From Candidatus Latescibacterota bacterium (GTDB taxonomy: Bacteria; Latescibacterota; UBA2968; GCA-2709665): a stretch of 64,000 nucleotides of DNA. Made by a program: the position numbers and the translations under genes. The stretch is taken from assembly GCA_965219995.1 (NCBI GenBank), contig CBDCOX010000002.1, positions 4,000,001 to 4,064,000 on the forward strand. The letters are read 5' to 3'. The notes beneath the pieces were generated by a model. The model saw only the letters and a program-made list of their open reading frames with translations. It was not told where the DNA came from and searched no databases. Shown one piece after another: positions 49,043 through 59,579 of this stretch. The first letter of the stretch is position 1; each line of letters opens with the position of its first letter.

Positions 49043-49272
49043 GGCGATGGCACGGGCTTCTCGCTCGCATGCGATTCTGCGTCAATCCGGAAAACAGGGC
49101 GAGGGAAGTTGCCGCGATCGACGCACCGGTGTCTAGAACATCGTTCCTTGGATGCGGCATCTCGTGGCGAGGATGGGTCGAAACCTTAGCTGGCGTATGA
49201 TGTAAACATACCTATATTCAATACAACACAACCCAGCGGTCCGTGCAGAGCGGCCGATGTGAGTTTTTTTTG

Positions 49273-49308
49273 ACGCCCGGCGCGCGCGGTTCCGGGCGTA
49301 TTTTTATT
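49273..49308 (+). terminator. Intrinsic-terminator-like hairpin in the leader of the paralogue array
   Basis: ACGCCCGG-N11-CCGGGCGT followed by ATTTTTATT. Confidence 0.5.
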
Positions 49309-49348
49309 GCGGCCGAGAGGGTTTTCGAGTCGCGAGGAGGGCTGTACG

Positions 49349-52300
49349 ATGGCATTTTCACCTGCGGTTCACGAGACGGATCTGGGGCAGGGGGTCTGCA
49401 TATCGGCGCCTGCGGGGGAATCCTACCAGGATGCGTCCGGTCGTTTGAAAGAGACCCTGGAGGGCGCGCTATCGGCGCCCGTGGACGTGCTTCCCGACGG
49501 GGAACTGGATGCCGGCGGCCGGCACGTGATTGCGCTCGGGAATATGATGGACAGCGCGTTCCTGAAAACGCTCTACTTCCGGGCTTACGACCTCACCGAC
49601 CGGGTGTGGCCGGGCCCCGGGGGATGGGTCGTACGCACGGTGCCTCATTCATTGGACGGTGTGTCTCAGGTCCTCGTGGCGGGCGTGAGCAGCGCGGAGG
49701 ACGCCGGCGAAGCGGCCGGCGCGCTTGCGGGCGCGATCGCGGAGAGTGGTCCAATCCTGCCGATTCAATACCAGGTCCATCCGGGAAGCTGGTCGGACCT
49801 GTACGTGACGCCGGCGAACGAGCTGATCGCAAAGAGCGAAAGGGACCTCGAGCAGGAATCCATCGGCGGGGGATCGGGCGACTGGACCTATATGATGGTT
49901 GTGGCCGATATGGGGATGCTCGCGGTGCAGACGGGAAACGAAGCGTTGATGTCAACGTTCTGCCGGCAGATCTGCCACTTTGCCCGGACGCGCTGGTTCG
50001 AGCGGACGCTGGAGGACCCGACGTTGATTCACGGCTTCATCCGGGTTCTTCTGCTGCCGTTCACGATCCTGGAAAACCATCCCGCGCTTTCCGCCTCACT
50101 CCGGGAGCAGACGCTGGAGGCGCTGCTGGGGCTCTTCAGGTCGGCGGAAGGGGCCGGCAATTCCGGGTTGCTGTCCTGCGTGGGCGTGGACAGGGTGCGC
50201 CAGAACCATCAGACCCGTTCCGCACTGGATATGTTCTACGGAGGCCGCTATTTCCACCAGGTGCATGGGCTCGCGGAGGGATTGGCGTGGATGAAGCTGG
50301 CGGAGGTCTTCTTTGCGCCGCAGATGGGATCGAACAAGCCCGTGTGCGACTCGTGGGGCCATCAGTGGGGGGCTTCGCTGTTCAACACCGCGGATTACGC
50401 GCTGGCGGCGGGGAAGACCGACTACTTTTCGAGCCAGGCCTATCTCGAGGGCGTGGACCGGGCGCTCGTCGCGCACAGCAACCTGGAGCGCGGCCCGGAA
50501 CAGTACTGCCGCATGGCCGCGGCGGTGACGGGCAACGACGAATACCTGCAGCTTTGTGAATCCATCGACGAAGAGGCTGTAGCGGAGCGGACCATTCGAG
50601 GGGCCGAAGAGCCTTTGCGGACCTGGGTGACGGGAAGGCGAGCGGCGGCGCCGGAACGGTTGGGACGCGTCGGCGTGGCCCCTCTCTCGCGGCTGTTCTA
50701 CGATTCGATCGAAGAATATACCACGTTTGCGCCGGAGAATGGCGTGTATCTGCGGAATCTGCCCTACGAACAGACGTTTGACAAGGTGTACTTCCGGTCC
50801 GGATGGACGGACCAGGACGACTACCTGCTGCTGGACGGGATCTCGGGTGGCTCGCACTCCTACCAGGACGGCAACTGCATCGTGCGTTATACCAGCCGGG
50901 GCGCGTCCTGGTTCAGGTTTGCCGGAGGCCACCAGCCGGCGACGGTTCGGGACTACACGGGCGTGAGCGTTTCGGTAGACGGCGCGGGGCCGGGCTGCGA
51001 ATCCAGGTATTCGGCGCTGCGGTATCTGCACGAAGGGGAGAACCTTGCCGTGGCCGGCACGTCGATGACCTATCCTGAGCAGGGCGACTGGTACCGGCAT
51101 ATCGTGTACAGCAGAGAGGGATGGTTTCTGGTGATCGACGAGATCTGGCCCGCCGTGGCGGGAGAATTTCTCGTGGAGTGCCGGTGGCACATTCTGGGCG
51201 ACACGACGCTGACAGACGGCCTGTTGCGGTCGGTTCAGGGAGACGCACAATTGAACATGCGCCACGCGGGGAGCGGGCGCAGGGAACTGGCGGCATCGGA
51301 CTACTGGTGCGCGGAAGACCACTCGCGGTGGATCCAGCGTTCCCTGGCGGCGCTTCGGCCGGGAACGGGGATCCGGTTCGGGACGCTTTTCTGGACCGAC
51401 GCGGTGGGAGATGGAAGGGATTTCAGCCTGGTCGAGGAGAAAAGCGGCTTCCGGATCGAGGGCGGCGGCGACAACGTCAGGATCGTCCTGGAGGAGGGGG
51501 AAGAGAACCCGGCTGTGACCGCCTCCGGCGCGACATTGCCAACAGCCGGTCGTCATGTCGTTGCGTCCGATTCCACGCCATTTCGAACTGTTGGCGGGGA
51601 TGCGAAGCCTGAATGGAGTACGCGGTGTGCGGATGTCGTGACCGCGCTGGATATCGGGTCGGAGAGATGGTTCGGCGGCGACGGCGGCGGGGTGACCGCG
51701 TTCGATCCCGGCGGAGACGTACTCTGGAAGCGAGAGATCGAAGGCGGCGTCCGGGCGCTCGCGGCCCTGAATGACGGCGGTGCGGCGGCGGGCGGCGACG
51801 AGGAGACCGTACACCGGCTGGATGCATCCGGAGAAACCCTCTGGTCGGTTCGGATCCAGTGGCAGTCCATGAACTGGGATAGCTGGTCCAGGAAGAATTG
51901 TGTGGTTTTGAGTCTGGCCGCGGGCGATATCGACGGGGACGGACGGGAGGAGATCCTGGTGGGATGCGCGGACCGTCACGTGTATGCGTTTGATGGCGAG
52001 GGCAATCAATTATGGCGTTCCCCCTGCCAGTGGGGACCGCCGGTTTGCCTGGATACCGCCCGGCTGACGGACGGGCCGGGACGGCAGACGCTCGCCGGCC
52101 TCGCGGATCCCGCCATCCACGCGCACACCCTGGTCTTCGGCAGGGACGGGACGCTGGGGCGGCCGCTGCGGCGGCCGGATATCGTCAGCTGGTCGATTCC
52201 TTCGTGGTCCCGGTGCCTGAGGGTGGCGGACGTGGACGGCGACGGCGGTGACGAGGTGATCAGCGGGGTGGATACCAACCACAGGCAGTTGATTGTGTAC

Positions 52301-52663
52301 GGGCGCGGCGGCGAGGTGATCTGGGACGCGGACATGGGCGGCGGGGTGCTCGCGGCCGAAGCCTTTGACGGGCGGGTATACGCGGGGGCGTCGAACGGAT
52401 TCGTGCAGTGCTTCGACGCCGGGGGTGCGCGTCTGTGGAGCCGGTTTCTGACCGAACGGGTGGCCGGTCTCGCGCCAGGTGGAGATGGAGGCTGTCTGGC
52501 GGCCCTTCGAGGCGGAACCGTCGTGGGTCTGGACGGAAACGGAGAGGTCCGGAAGGCGCACTCCGGAAACCCGGAGATTGCGGTAACGGACTGGGCGTCG
52601 GGATGGCCGGACGGGGGCCTGCTGGTGGGCCGGAAGGATGGGACCATCGAATTCTACCGGTAG
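49349..52663 (+). CDS. Large multidomain heparinase II/III-like + beta-propeller protein, paralogue 4 (array copy A)
   Basis: GAGGAGG RBS; DRVWPGPGGW, RQNHQT, KPVCDSWGHQW, GGSHSYQDGN, DIDGDG. Confidence 0.82.
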   Translation: MAFSPAVHETDLGQGVCISAPAGESYQDASGRLKETLEGALSAPVDVLPDGELDAGGRHVIALGNMMDSAFLKTLYFRAYDLTDRVWPGPGGWVVRTVPHSLDGVSQVLVAGVSSAEDAGEAAGALAGAIAESGPILPIQYQVHPGSWSDLYVTPANELIAKSERDLEQESIGGGSGDWTYMMVVADMGMLAVQTGNEALMSTFCRQICHFARTRWFERTLEDPTLIHGFIRVLLLPFTILENHPALSASLREQTLEALLGLFRSAEGAGNSGLLSCVGVDRVRQNHQTRSALDMFYGGRYFHQVHGLAEGLAWMKLAEVFFAPQMGSNKPVCDSWGHQWGASLFNTADYALAAGKTDYFSSQAYLEGVDRALVAHSNLERGPEQYCRMAAAVTGNDEYLQLCESIDEEAVAERTIRGAEEPLRTWVTGRRAAAPERLGRVGVAPLSRLFYDSIEEYTTFAPENGVYLRNLPYEQTFDKVYFRSGWTDQDDYLLLDGISGGSHSYQDGNCIVRYTSRGASWFRFAGGHQPATVRDYTGVSVSVDGAGPGCESRYSALRYLHEGENLAVAGTSMTYPEQGDWYRHIVYSREGWFLVIDEIWPAVAGEFLVECRWHILGDTTLTDGLLRSVQGDAQLNMRHAGSGRRELAASDYWCAEDHSRWIQRSLAALRPGTGIRFGTLFWTDAVGDGRDFSLVEEKSGFRIEGGGDNVRIVLEEGEENPAVTASGATLPTAGRHVVASDSTPFRTVGGDAKPEWSTRCADVVTALDIGSERWFGGDGGGVTAFDPGGDVLWKREIEGGVRALAALNDGGAAAGGDEETVHRLDASGETLWSVRIQWQSMNWDSWSRKNCVVLSLAAGDIDGDGREEILVGCADRHVYAFDGEGNQLWRSPCQWGPPVCLDTARLTDGPGRQTLAGLADPAIHAHTLVFGRDGTLGRPLRRPDIVSWSIPSWSRCLRVADVDGDGGDEVISGVDTNHRQLIVYGRGGEVIWDADMGGGVLAAEAFDGRVYAGASNGFVQCFDAGGARLWSRFLTERVAGLAPGGDGGCLAALRGGTVVGLDGNGEVRKAHSGNPEIAVTDWASGWPDGGLLVGRKDGTIEFYR

Positions 52664-52821
52664 GGGACGACATAGCGATTTGACACGAATCCGCCGGGTC
52701 GAAAGCACTATTGCGTTAATCGGGGTTTTATCCTGTCCATCCTGTTCATCCATGTGAATTCCCGCGTTATGACATAGAAGCTGCACACGGAGAAAGGATT
52801 GCGATATGAATTTCCGCAAAC
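52620..52821 (+). repeat. Direct repeat (gene end + 142-bp spacer + gene start), copy 1
   Basis: Near-identical to about 56068-56269; offset 3448 bp. Confidence 0.9.
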
Positions 52822-55800
52822 CGATCCACCAGACGGATCTCACATCGGGCGTCTGCATATCGGCGCCGGATGCCGAGCCGTATCGGGCGGCGGCGCAGCG
52901 TCTTCAATCTGCCCTGCGAGGCGCGGTTTCCGGCAGCGTGGAGATTATTCCCGACGCGCGGCTCGACGCGGGCAGACGCCACGTGATCGCGTTGGGAAAC
53001 ATGATGGACAGCGCGTTCCTGAGAACGCTGTATTTCCGGGCATACGATCTGACCGACAGGGTCTGGCCCGGACCCGGCGGGTGGGCGGTCCGCACAGCGC
53101 CGGATTCCCTGGAAGACGTGGGGCACGTGATTGTTGTTGGGGTGAGCGGCGCGGAGGACATTGTCGGGGCCGCGAATGCCCTCTGCAACGCGATCGAAGG
53201 CGCCGGTACCACGCTACCTTTCCAATACCGGGTACATCCGGGGAGGTGGTCGGATCTGTATCTGACGCCGGCGAGGGAACGGCTGGAGGCAGGCGATGCG
53301 GACCTGGAACGGGAATATACCAGCGGCGCCGGCGACTGGGACTATATGCACGCGATTGCAGACATCGGGATGCTGGCGGTACGGACCGGTCAGGAGGCGC
53401 TGATGGAGATGTTCTGCCGGCAGGTCTGCCATTTTGGACGTACGCGGTGGTTCGAGCGCCATCTGCCGGACCCGCCGCAGATCCACGGGTTCCTGAGGTC
53501 GATGCTGCTGCCGTTTACGATCCTGGAAAATCATCCGTCCATTCCTGCAACCCTGCGAGAGGAGACGCTGGAGGTCTTGCTGGAGCTGTACCGATCCGGG
53601 GAAGGGGCCGGGAACACCGGGTTTCTGAGCCACGTCGGCGTGAACAGGGTTCGGCAGAACCACCAGACCCGGTCGGCGCTGGACCTTTTCTATGGAGGAC
53701 GATATTTCCACCAGGTGCATGGTTTGGCCGAGGGAAGGGCATGGATGAAGCTGGCGGAGGTCTTCTTCGCGCCGCAGATGACGTCCAACAAACCGGTTTG
53801 CGACTCGTGGGGGCACCAGTGGACCGCGTCTCTCTTCAATACGGCGGATTATGCGCTGGCGTCGGGGAGACTGGAATACGTTTCGAGCAGACCGTTCCTG
53901 GAGGGCGTGGACCGGGCGCTGATTGCGCACAGCAACATGGAAGGGGGGCCGCAGCAGTACTTTATGATGGCCGCGGCGGCGACGGGGAACGATGAGTATC
54001 TGCACCTCTGCGGCGTATCCGACGAAGATGCCCTGGCGAAGAATGCCATAAGGGGACGGGAAGAGCCGCTTCGGGGGTGGGTGACAGGGCGACGCGCGCT
54101 GGCTCCGGAGAGGTTGGGAAGGGTGGGCGCGGCGCCGCTCTCGCGGCTGTTCTACGATTCGCTCGAGGGCTTCAGCGGTTTTGCGCCCGAGGGCGTGTAC
54201 CTGCGCGACGTGCCGTTCGAGCAGGCGTTCGACAAGATCTTCTTCCGCTCGGGCTGGACGGATGACGACGACTATTTGCTGTTGGATGGCATCTCGGGCG
54301 GGTCCCATTCGTATCAGGACGGCAACTGCATTGTGCGGTATACGGGGCGGGGAAGGAACTGGTTCGGAGATCGCGTGGGTCCGGCCTCGGTGCGCGACCA
54401 CAACGGAGTGAACATCGCAGTGGACGGGGCGGGCCCCGGACGTGAGTCCCGATACGCCGCATTGAAATACGTTGAGGAGGGTGCAGCGTTTTCGGTGGCG
54501 GGCACTTCGATGCGATATCCCGGTCAGGGCGACTGGTTTCGGCATATCGTATACGGCACGGCGGGGTGGTTTCTCGTGGTCGACGAGATTCGGGCGCGGG
54601 TGGCGGGAGAGTTCCTGGTTGAGGGCCGCTGGCACGTACTCGGGGAGGTGACGCTGTCCGACGGGGTCCTGAGTTCGGTTCAGGGGAATGCGACACTGAA
54701 TATGCGGCACGCGGGCAGCGCGTCGCAGGACCTGATGCGGGTAACCGCAGCCCTTGAAAAGGGTGGCATGCGATGGATCCAGCGCTCATTGAAGGCGCTT
54801 CAGCCGGGCGAAGGGGTGAGGTACGCGACACTTTTCTGGAGTGACAATGTGGAGCAGGCCCGGTCGTACGCGCTGGAACCGGAAGGGTCGGGCTATCGCA
54901 TCGAGGGGCAGGGCAGGTTGGTGACGGTCTCGTTCTCCAAGGACAACGAAGGCGTGAACCTGGAAGCCGATGCAGTCGTACTCCCAGCGGCCGGCCGCAT
55001 CGTCGAAACAACGGACCCGGGGCCGTTTGTAGTCACACAGGCCGAGTCGAAGCCGGTGTGGAGCGGGGCATGCGGCGGAAGGGTGGCGTCGGTCGATGCG
55101 GGGGAGGGGGGCTGCTTCGCGGGCGACGACAGAGGAGGCATCACGGCCTTCGACCTGAACGGCGGTATACGATGGACCCATTCGATATCGGGAGGCGTCC
55201 GGACGGTGCTGGCCCTTGCCGACGGCGGGGTCGTGGCCGGCGGGGAGGCAGAAGCCGTACACCGGCTGGACGGATCGGGCCGTGAGGTATGGTCCTGTCA
55301 ACTCGAGTGGCAGCCGATGAACTGGGACTACTGGACGTGGCTGAACTGTAAGGTCCTCAGCCTCGCGGCCGCCGATATCGACGGCGACGGTCGGGAGGAG
55401 ATTCTGGCCGGCTGCGCCGATCGTCACGTGTACGCGTTCGACGAGGGCGGCGCGTTGTTGTGGCGGTCCGCCTGCCAGTGGGGCCCGCCCACGTGCCTGG
55501 CGGTGGTGCGGTTGCCGGACGGGAAAAGCCGGCATGTGCTGGCGGGAATGGCGGACCCGTCGATTCATGGGTGCGTGCGGGTGTTCGATGCCGAAGGCGA
55601 GTGCGTGGAGACGCTGTCGCGACCGGATATCATGAGCTGGTCGATCCCCTCGTGGTCGAAATGCCTTCGGGCGGCGGACCTGAACGTGGACGGCCTCGAC
55701 GAGGTGATCAGCGGGGTGGATACGAATCACAGGCAGTTGATCGTGTACGGGCACGGCGGCGAGGTGATCTGGGATGCGGACATGGGCGGCGGGGTGCTCG

Positions 55801-56111
55801 CGGCGGAGGTCTGTGGCGGAAGGGTTTACGCAGGCGCGTCGAACGGATTCGTGCAGTGCTTCGACGCTGGCGGCAGGCGGTTATGGAGCAGCTTCCTGGC
55901 CGGACCGGTGGCCGGCCTGGCCCCAGATGGCGATGGAGGTTGTCTGGCGGCCTTGCGAACCGGAACGGTGGTCGTCCTGGACGGTTCCGGAGAGATACGG
56001 ACGACGCACCGCGGAAACTCGAACGTTACGGCGGCGGGCTGGTCCTCCGAGTGGCCGGACGGCGGGTTGCTGGTGGGCCGAAAGGATGGGGCCATCGAAT
56101 TCTACCGGTAG
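52806..56111 (+). CDS. Paralogue 5 (array copy B, mosaic of A-like and C-like segments)
   Basis: 1101 aa; same motifs as copies A and C. Confidence 0.82.
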   Translation: MNFRKPIHQTDLTSGVCISAPDAEPYRAAAQRLQSALRGAVSGSVEIIPDARLDAGRRHVIALGNMMDSAFLRTLYFRAYDLTDRVWPGPGGWAVRTAPDSLEDVGHVIVVGVSGAEDIVGAANALCNAIEGAGTTLPFQYRVHPGRWSDLYLTPARERLEAGDADLEREYTSGAGDWDYMHAIADIGMLAVRTGQEALMEMFCRQVCHFGRTRWFERHLPDPPQIHGFLRSMLLPFTILENHPSIPATLREETLEVLLELYRSGEGAGNTGFLSHVGVNRVRQNHQTRSALDLFYGGRYFHQVHGLAEGRAWMKLAEVFFAPQMTSNKPVCDSWGHQWTASLFNTADYALASGRLEYVSSRPFLEGVDRALIAHSNMEGGPQQYFMMAAAATGNDEYLHLCGVSDEDALAKNAIRGREEPLRGWVTGRRALAPERLGRVGAAPLSRLFYDSLEGFSGFAPEGVYLRDVPFEQAFDKIFFRSGWTDDDDYLLLDGISGGSHSYQDGNCIVRYTGRGRNWFGDRVGPASVRDHNGVNIAVDGAGPGRESRYAALKYVEEGAAFSVAGTSMRYPGQGDWFRHIVYGTAGWFLVVDEIRARVAGEFLVEGRWHVLGEVTLSDGVLSSVQGNATLNMRHAGSASQDLMRVTAALEKGGMRWIQRSLKALQPGEGVRYATLFWSDNVEQARSYALEPEGSGYRIEGQGRLVTVSFSKDNEGVNLEADAVVLPAAGRIVETTDPGPFVVTQAESKPVWSGACGGRVASVDAGEGGCFAGDDRGGITAFDLNGGIRWTHSISGGVRTVLALADGGVVAGGEAEAVHRLDGSGREVWSCQLEWQPMNWDYWTWLNCKVLSLAAADIDGDGREEILAGCADRHVYAFDEGGALLWRSACQWGPPTCLAVVRLPDGKSRHVLAGMADPSIHGCVRVFDAEGECVETLSRPDIMSWSIPSWSKCLRAADLNVDGLDEVISGVDTNHRQLIVYGHGGEVIWDADMGGGVLAAEVCGGRVYAGASNGFVQCFDAGGRRLWSSFLAGPVAGLAPDGDGGCLAALRTGTVVVLDGSGEIRTTHRGNSNVTAAGWSSEWPDGGLLVGRKDGAIEFYR

Positions 56112-56269
56112 GGGACGACATAGCGATTCGACACGAATCCGCCGGGTCGAAAGCACTATTGCGTTTATCGGGTTTTTATCCTGTCCATCCTGTTCATCCA
56201 TGTGAATTCTCGCTCTGTGACATAACAGTTGCACACGGAGAAAGGATTGCGATATGAACTTCCGCAAAG
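56068..56269 (+). repeat. Direct repeat (gene end + spacer + gene start), copy 2
   Basis: TAGGGGACGACATAGCGATT...ATCCTGTCCATCCTGTTCATCCATGTGAATTC...GCACACGGAGAAAGGATTGCGATATGAA. Confidence 0.9.
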
Positions 56270-59200
56270 CGATCCACGAAACGGATCTGTCTTCGGGCAT
56301 CTGCATATCCGCGCCGGATATCCAGCAATACCAGGAAGCGGCGCAGCGTCTTCAATCTGTCCTGGGAGGCGCGGTTTCCGGCAACGTGGAGATTTTGACG
56401 GACACGCGGCTCGACGCGGATGGACGCCACGTGATCGCGTTGGGAAACATGATGGACAGCGCGTTCTTGAAGACACTGTACTTCCGGGCATACGATCTGA
56501 CCGACAGGGTCTGGCCCGGTCCGGGCGGGTGGGCGGTCCGCACCGCGCCGGACTCCCTGGACAACGTAGGGCACGTGATCGTCGTTGGTGTGAGTGGCGC
56601 TGACGACGTTTCCGAGGCGGCGTATGCGCTTTCCCGTACGATTGAGTCCGAGGGCGCCACCCTCCCGTATCAGCAACGGGTGAAGCTCGGCAAGTGGGCG
56701 GACCTGTATCGGAAGCCGGCGCGTGATCGGCTGGACCAGGGGGACGAGGCTCTGGAGCGGGAGTTCACGAGCGGCCCCGGGGACTGGACCTACATGTGGG
56801 CCATCGCAGAGATCGGGATGCTGGCGATACAGACGGGCAGGGAGGATCTGATCCCGATGTTCTGCCGTCAGGTCTGTAACTTCGCGCGCACGCGGTGGTT
56901 CGAGCGCCACCTGCCGGACCCGCCGCAGATCCACGGATTTCTGAGGACCATGCTTCTGCCCTTCACCATTCTGGAGAATCATCCCGCCCTTTCCTGTAAC
57001 CAGCGACAGGAGACGCTGGAGGCATTCCTGGGGCTCTACAGGTCCACGGAGGGCGCCGGAAATTCCGGGTTTCTCAGCCACGTTGGGGTCGACCGCGTGC
57101 GGCAGAACCATCAGACGATGTCGGGGCTGGATCTGTATTATGGAGGACGGTATTTCCACCAGGTACACGGATTGGCCGAAGGGCGGGCGTGGATGAAACT
57201 CGCGGACGTGTTCTTCGCGCCTCAGATGGCGTCGAACAAGCCGGTCTGCGACTCATGGGGGCACCAGTGGGCGTTTTCGCTCTTCAATACCGCCGATTAT
57301 GCATTGGCTTCCGGAAAGATGGACTATTTTTCCAGCAAACCGTACCTGGAAGGCGTGGACCGGGCGCTGATCGCGCACAGCAATCTGGAAGGAGGGCCGC
57401 ATCAGTACATGCTGATGGCCGCGGCGGTCACGGGAAACGACGAATACCTCCGGCTTTGCGGGGCGTCGGATAGCGACGCCCTGGCGGAGAGGGCCGTGCG
57501 GCCGAACGTGGAGCCCTTCCGGACCTGGGTGACCGGACGCGACGCCGCAACGCCGGAGCGGATGGGCCGTGTGGGCGTTGCGCCGCTCTCGCGGCTGTTT
57601 TACGATTCCCTCGAGGATCTCGGTGGATTCGCGCCGGAGGGCGTGTACCTGCGTGACGTTCCATACGAACAGACGTTCGACAAGGTGTATTTCAGGTCCG
57701 GTTGGACGGATGACGACGACTATCTGCTTCTCTGCGGCATATCGGGCGGCTCCCATTCCTACCAGGACGGCAACTGCATCGTCCGGTATACCGGTCGCGG
57801 GCGGAACTGGTTCGGAGGGCGCGTGGGTCCGGCCTCGGTAAGGGATCACAACGGGGTCAGCATCGCGGTTGACGGCGCGGGGCCGGGTTGCGAGTCCCGG
57901 TACGCCGCCCTTCGATACCTGGAGGAGGGAGATGGCCTGTCCGCGGCCGGGACGTCGATGGGTTATCCCGGACAGGCGGACTGGTACCGGCATATCGTAC
58001 ACGGCAGGCAGGGGTGGTTTCTGGTTATCGACGAGGTCTGGGCGAAGGCGGAAGGCGAGTACCTGATCGAGTGCCGCTGGCACGTGTACGGAGACGTGGA
58101 AACGGTCGACGGCGGGATTCGTTCAGTCCAGGACGACGCGAAGCTGGAAATGCGGCATTCGGGAAGCGGATCCCGGGAGTTGATTCCGGTGACCTCGGCG
58201 CTGGCAAACGAAGGAACGCGGTGGGTGCAGCGCTCGCTGAAATCGCTTCGGGCCGGAGAAGGCGTGCGGTTCGCGACACTTTTCTGGAGTGACCAAGAGG
58301 CGCGGCCCCGGAATTACGCACTGGTACCGGAAGCGTCAGGTTACCGGATTGAAGGCGAGGGCGAGGCGTCCACGATTTCGCTTTCGGCAGGATGTGAGGA
58401 TGTCAACATCGAGGCTCAGGTGGCCGTACTTCCAACTACCGGTAACGCCGAGGATGCGTCGGACGCCGGGCCGTTCATTGCTTCGGGCGGAGACGCGAGG
58501 ACGGCCTGGCGCGGACAGTGTGGCTCGGCCGTGAAAACGGTGGACGTTTGGGCGGGAGGATGTTTCGCGGGTGACGAGAGCGGCGGCATCACGGCATTCG
58601 ACCGGAACGGCGGGAAACGGTGGACCCATTCCGTGTCAGGGAGAATCCGGACGGTCCTTGCCCTTGCCGACGGCGGGGTGGTGGCCGGCGGGGATGGCGA
58701 AGCCGTTCATCGGCTGGACGCGTCGGGCAGGGAAGTGTGGGCGTATCAGCTCGAGTGGCAGCCCATGAACTGGGACTACTGGACGTGGCTGAACTGCAAA
58801 GTCCTCAGCCTCGCGGCCGCCGATATCGACGGTGACGGCCGGGAGGAGATCCTGGCGGGTTGCGCGGATCGTCACGTGTACGTGTTCGACGAGGACGGCG
58901 CGCTGTTGTGGCGTTCGGCCTGCCAGTGGGGTCCCCCCACGTGCCTTGAGGTGGCGCGGCTGCGTGACGGGGAGAGCCGGCATGTGCTGGCGGGGATGGC
59001 GGACCCGTCGATTCACGGATGCGTGCGGGTGTTCGATTCCGACGGGGCGTGTGTGGAGACGCTGTCGCGGCCGGATATCATGAGCTGGTCGATCCCCTCG
59101 TGGTCGAAGTGCCTTCGGACGGGGGACCTGGACGGGGACGGCCTCGACGAGGTGATCAGCGGCGTGGATACGAATCACAGGCAGTTGATCGTCTATAGCG

Positions 59201-59547
59201 GGGACGGCGAGGTGATGTGGGATGCGGACGTCGGGGGTGCCGTGCTATCCATCGCGGTTGCCGGCGGGAGGGTGTACGCGGGTGCTTCGAATGGTTACGT
59301 ACAGTGTTTCGAGTCGGATGGCGTGCGGATGTGGTACCGGTTTCTGGCGGCGCCAGTGGTCGGCCTGTCGCCCCGGGGCGGCGGTGGATGCCTGGCGGCC
59401 CTGGGGGATGGACGAACTGCCGGACTGAATGGCAACGGCGGGATGGCGTGGGCCGGTGGCGGCACTGCGATCGCCGCGGCGGCGGCGTGGCTGGAGGGGG
59501 GGCTGCTGGTGGGCAGGCGGGACGGATCGGTGGAGTGCTTCGGATAG
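56254..59547 (+). CDS. Paralogue 6 (array copy C)
   Basis: 1097 aa; same motifs as copies A and B. Confidence 0.82.
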   Translation: MNFRKAIHETDLSSGICISAPDIQQYQEAAQRLQSVLGGAVSGNVEILTDTRLDADGRHVIALGNMMDSAFLKTLYFRAYDLTDRVWPGPGGWAVRTAPDSLDNVGHVIVVGVSGADDVSEAAYALSRTIESEGATLPYQQRVKLGKWADLYRKPARDRLDQGDEALEREFTSGPGDWTYMWAIAEIGMLAIQTGREDLIPMFCRQVCNFARTRWFERHLPDPPQIHGFLRTMLLPFTILENHPALSCNQRQETLEAFLGLYRSTEGAGNSGFLSHVGVDRVRQNHQTMSGLDLYYGGRYFHQVHGLAEGRAWMKLADVFFAPQMASNKPVCDSWGHQWAFSLFNTADYALASGKMDYFSSKPYLEGVDRALIAHSNLEGGPHQYMLMAAAVTGNDEYLRLCGASDSDALAERAVRPNVEPFRTWVTGRDAATPERMGRVGVAPLSRLFYDSLEDLGGFAPEGVYLRDVPYEQTFDKVYFRSGWTDDDDYLLLCGISGGSHSYQDGNCIVRYTGRGRNWFGGRVGPASVRDHNGVSIAVDGAGPGCESRYAALRYLEEGDGLSAAGTSMGYPGQADWYRHIVHGRQGWFLVIDEVWAKAEGEYLIECRWHVYGDVETVDGGIRSVQDDAKLEMRHSGSGSRELIPVTSALANEGTRWVQRSLKSLRAGEGVRFATLFWSDQEARPRNYALVPEASGYRIEGEGEASTISLSAGCEDVNIEAQVAVLPTTGNAEDASDAGPFIASGGDARTAWRGQCGSAVKTVDVWAGGCFAGDESGGITAFDRNGGKRWTHSVSGRIRTVLALADGGVVAGGDGEAVHRLDASGREVWAYQLEWQPMNWDYWTWLNCKVLSLAAADIDGDGREEILAGCADRHVYVFDEDGALLWRSACQWGPPTCLEVARLRDGESRHVLAGMADPSIHGCVRVFDSDGACVETLSRPDIMSWSIPSWSKCLRTGDLDGDGLDEVISGVDTNHRQLIVYSGDGEVMWDADVGGAVLSIAVAGGRVYAGASNGYVQCFESDGVRMWYRFLAAPVVGLSPRGGGGCLAALGDGRTAGLNGNGGMAWAGGGTAIAAAAAWLEGGLLVGRRDGSVECFG

Positions 59548-59579
59548 ATTGCGGCAGGACCTGGAAGGAGGGATCGGCG

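Noticed and set aside
49349-59547. Paralogue repeats as a diversity-generating retroelement or invertible shufflon
   Set aside because: No reverse transcriptase or recombinase in the window; copies are whole genes in direct orientation and differences do not look adenine-specific.
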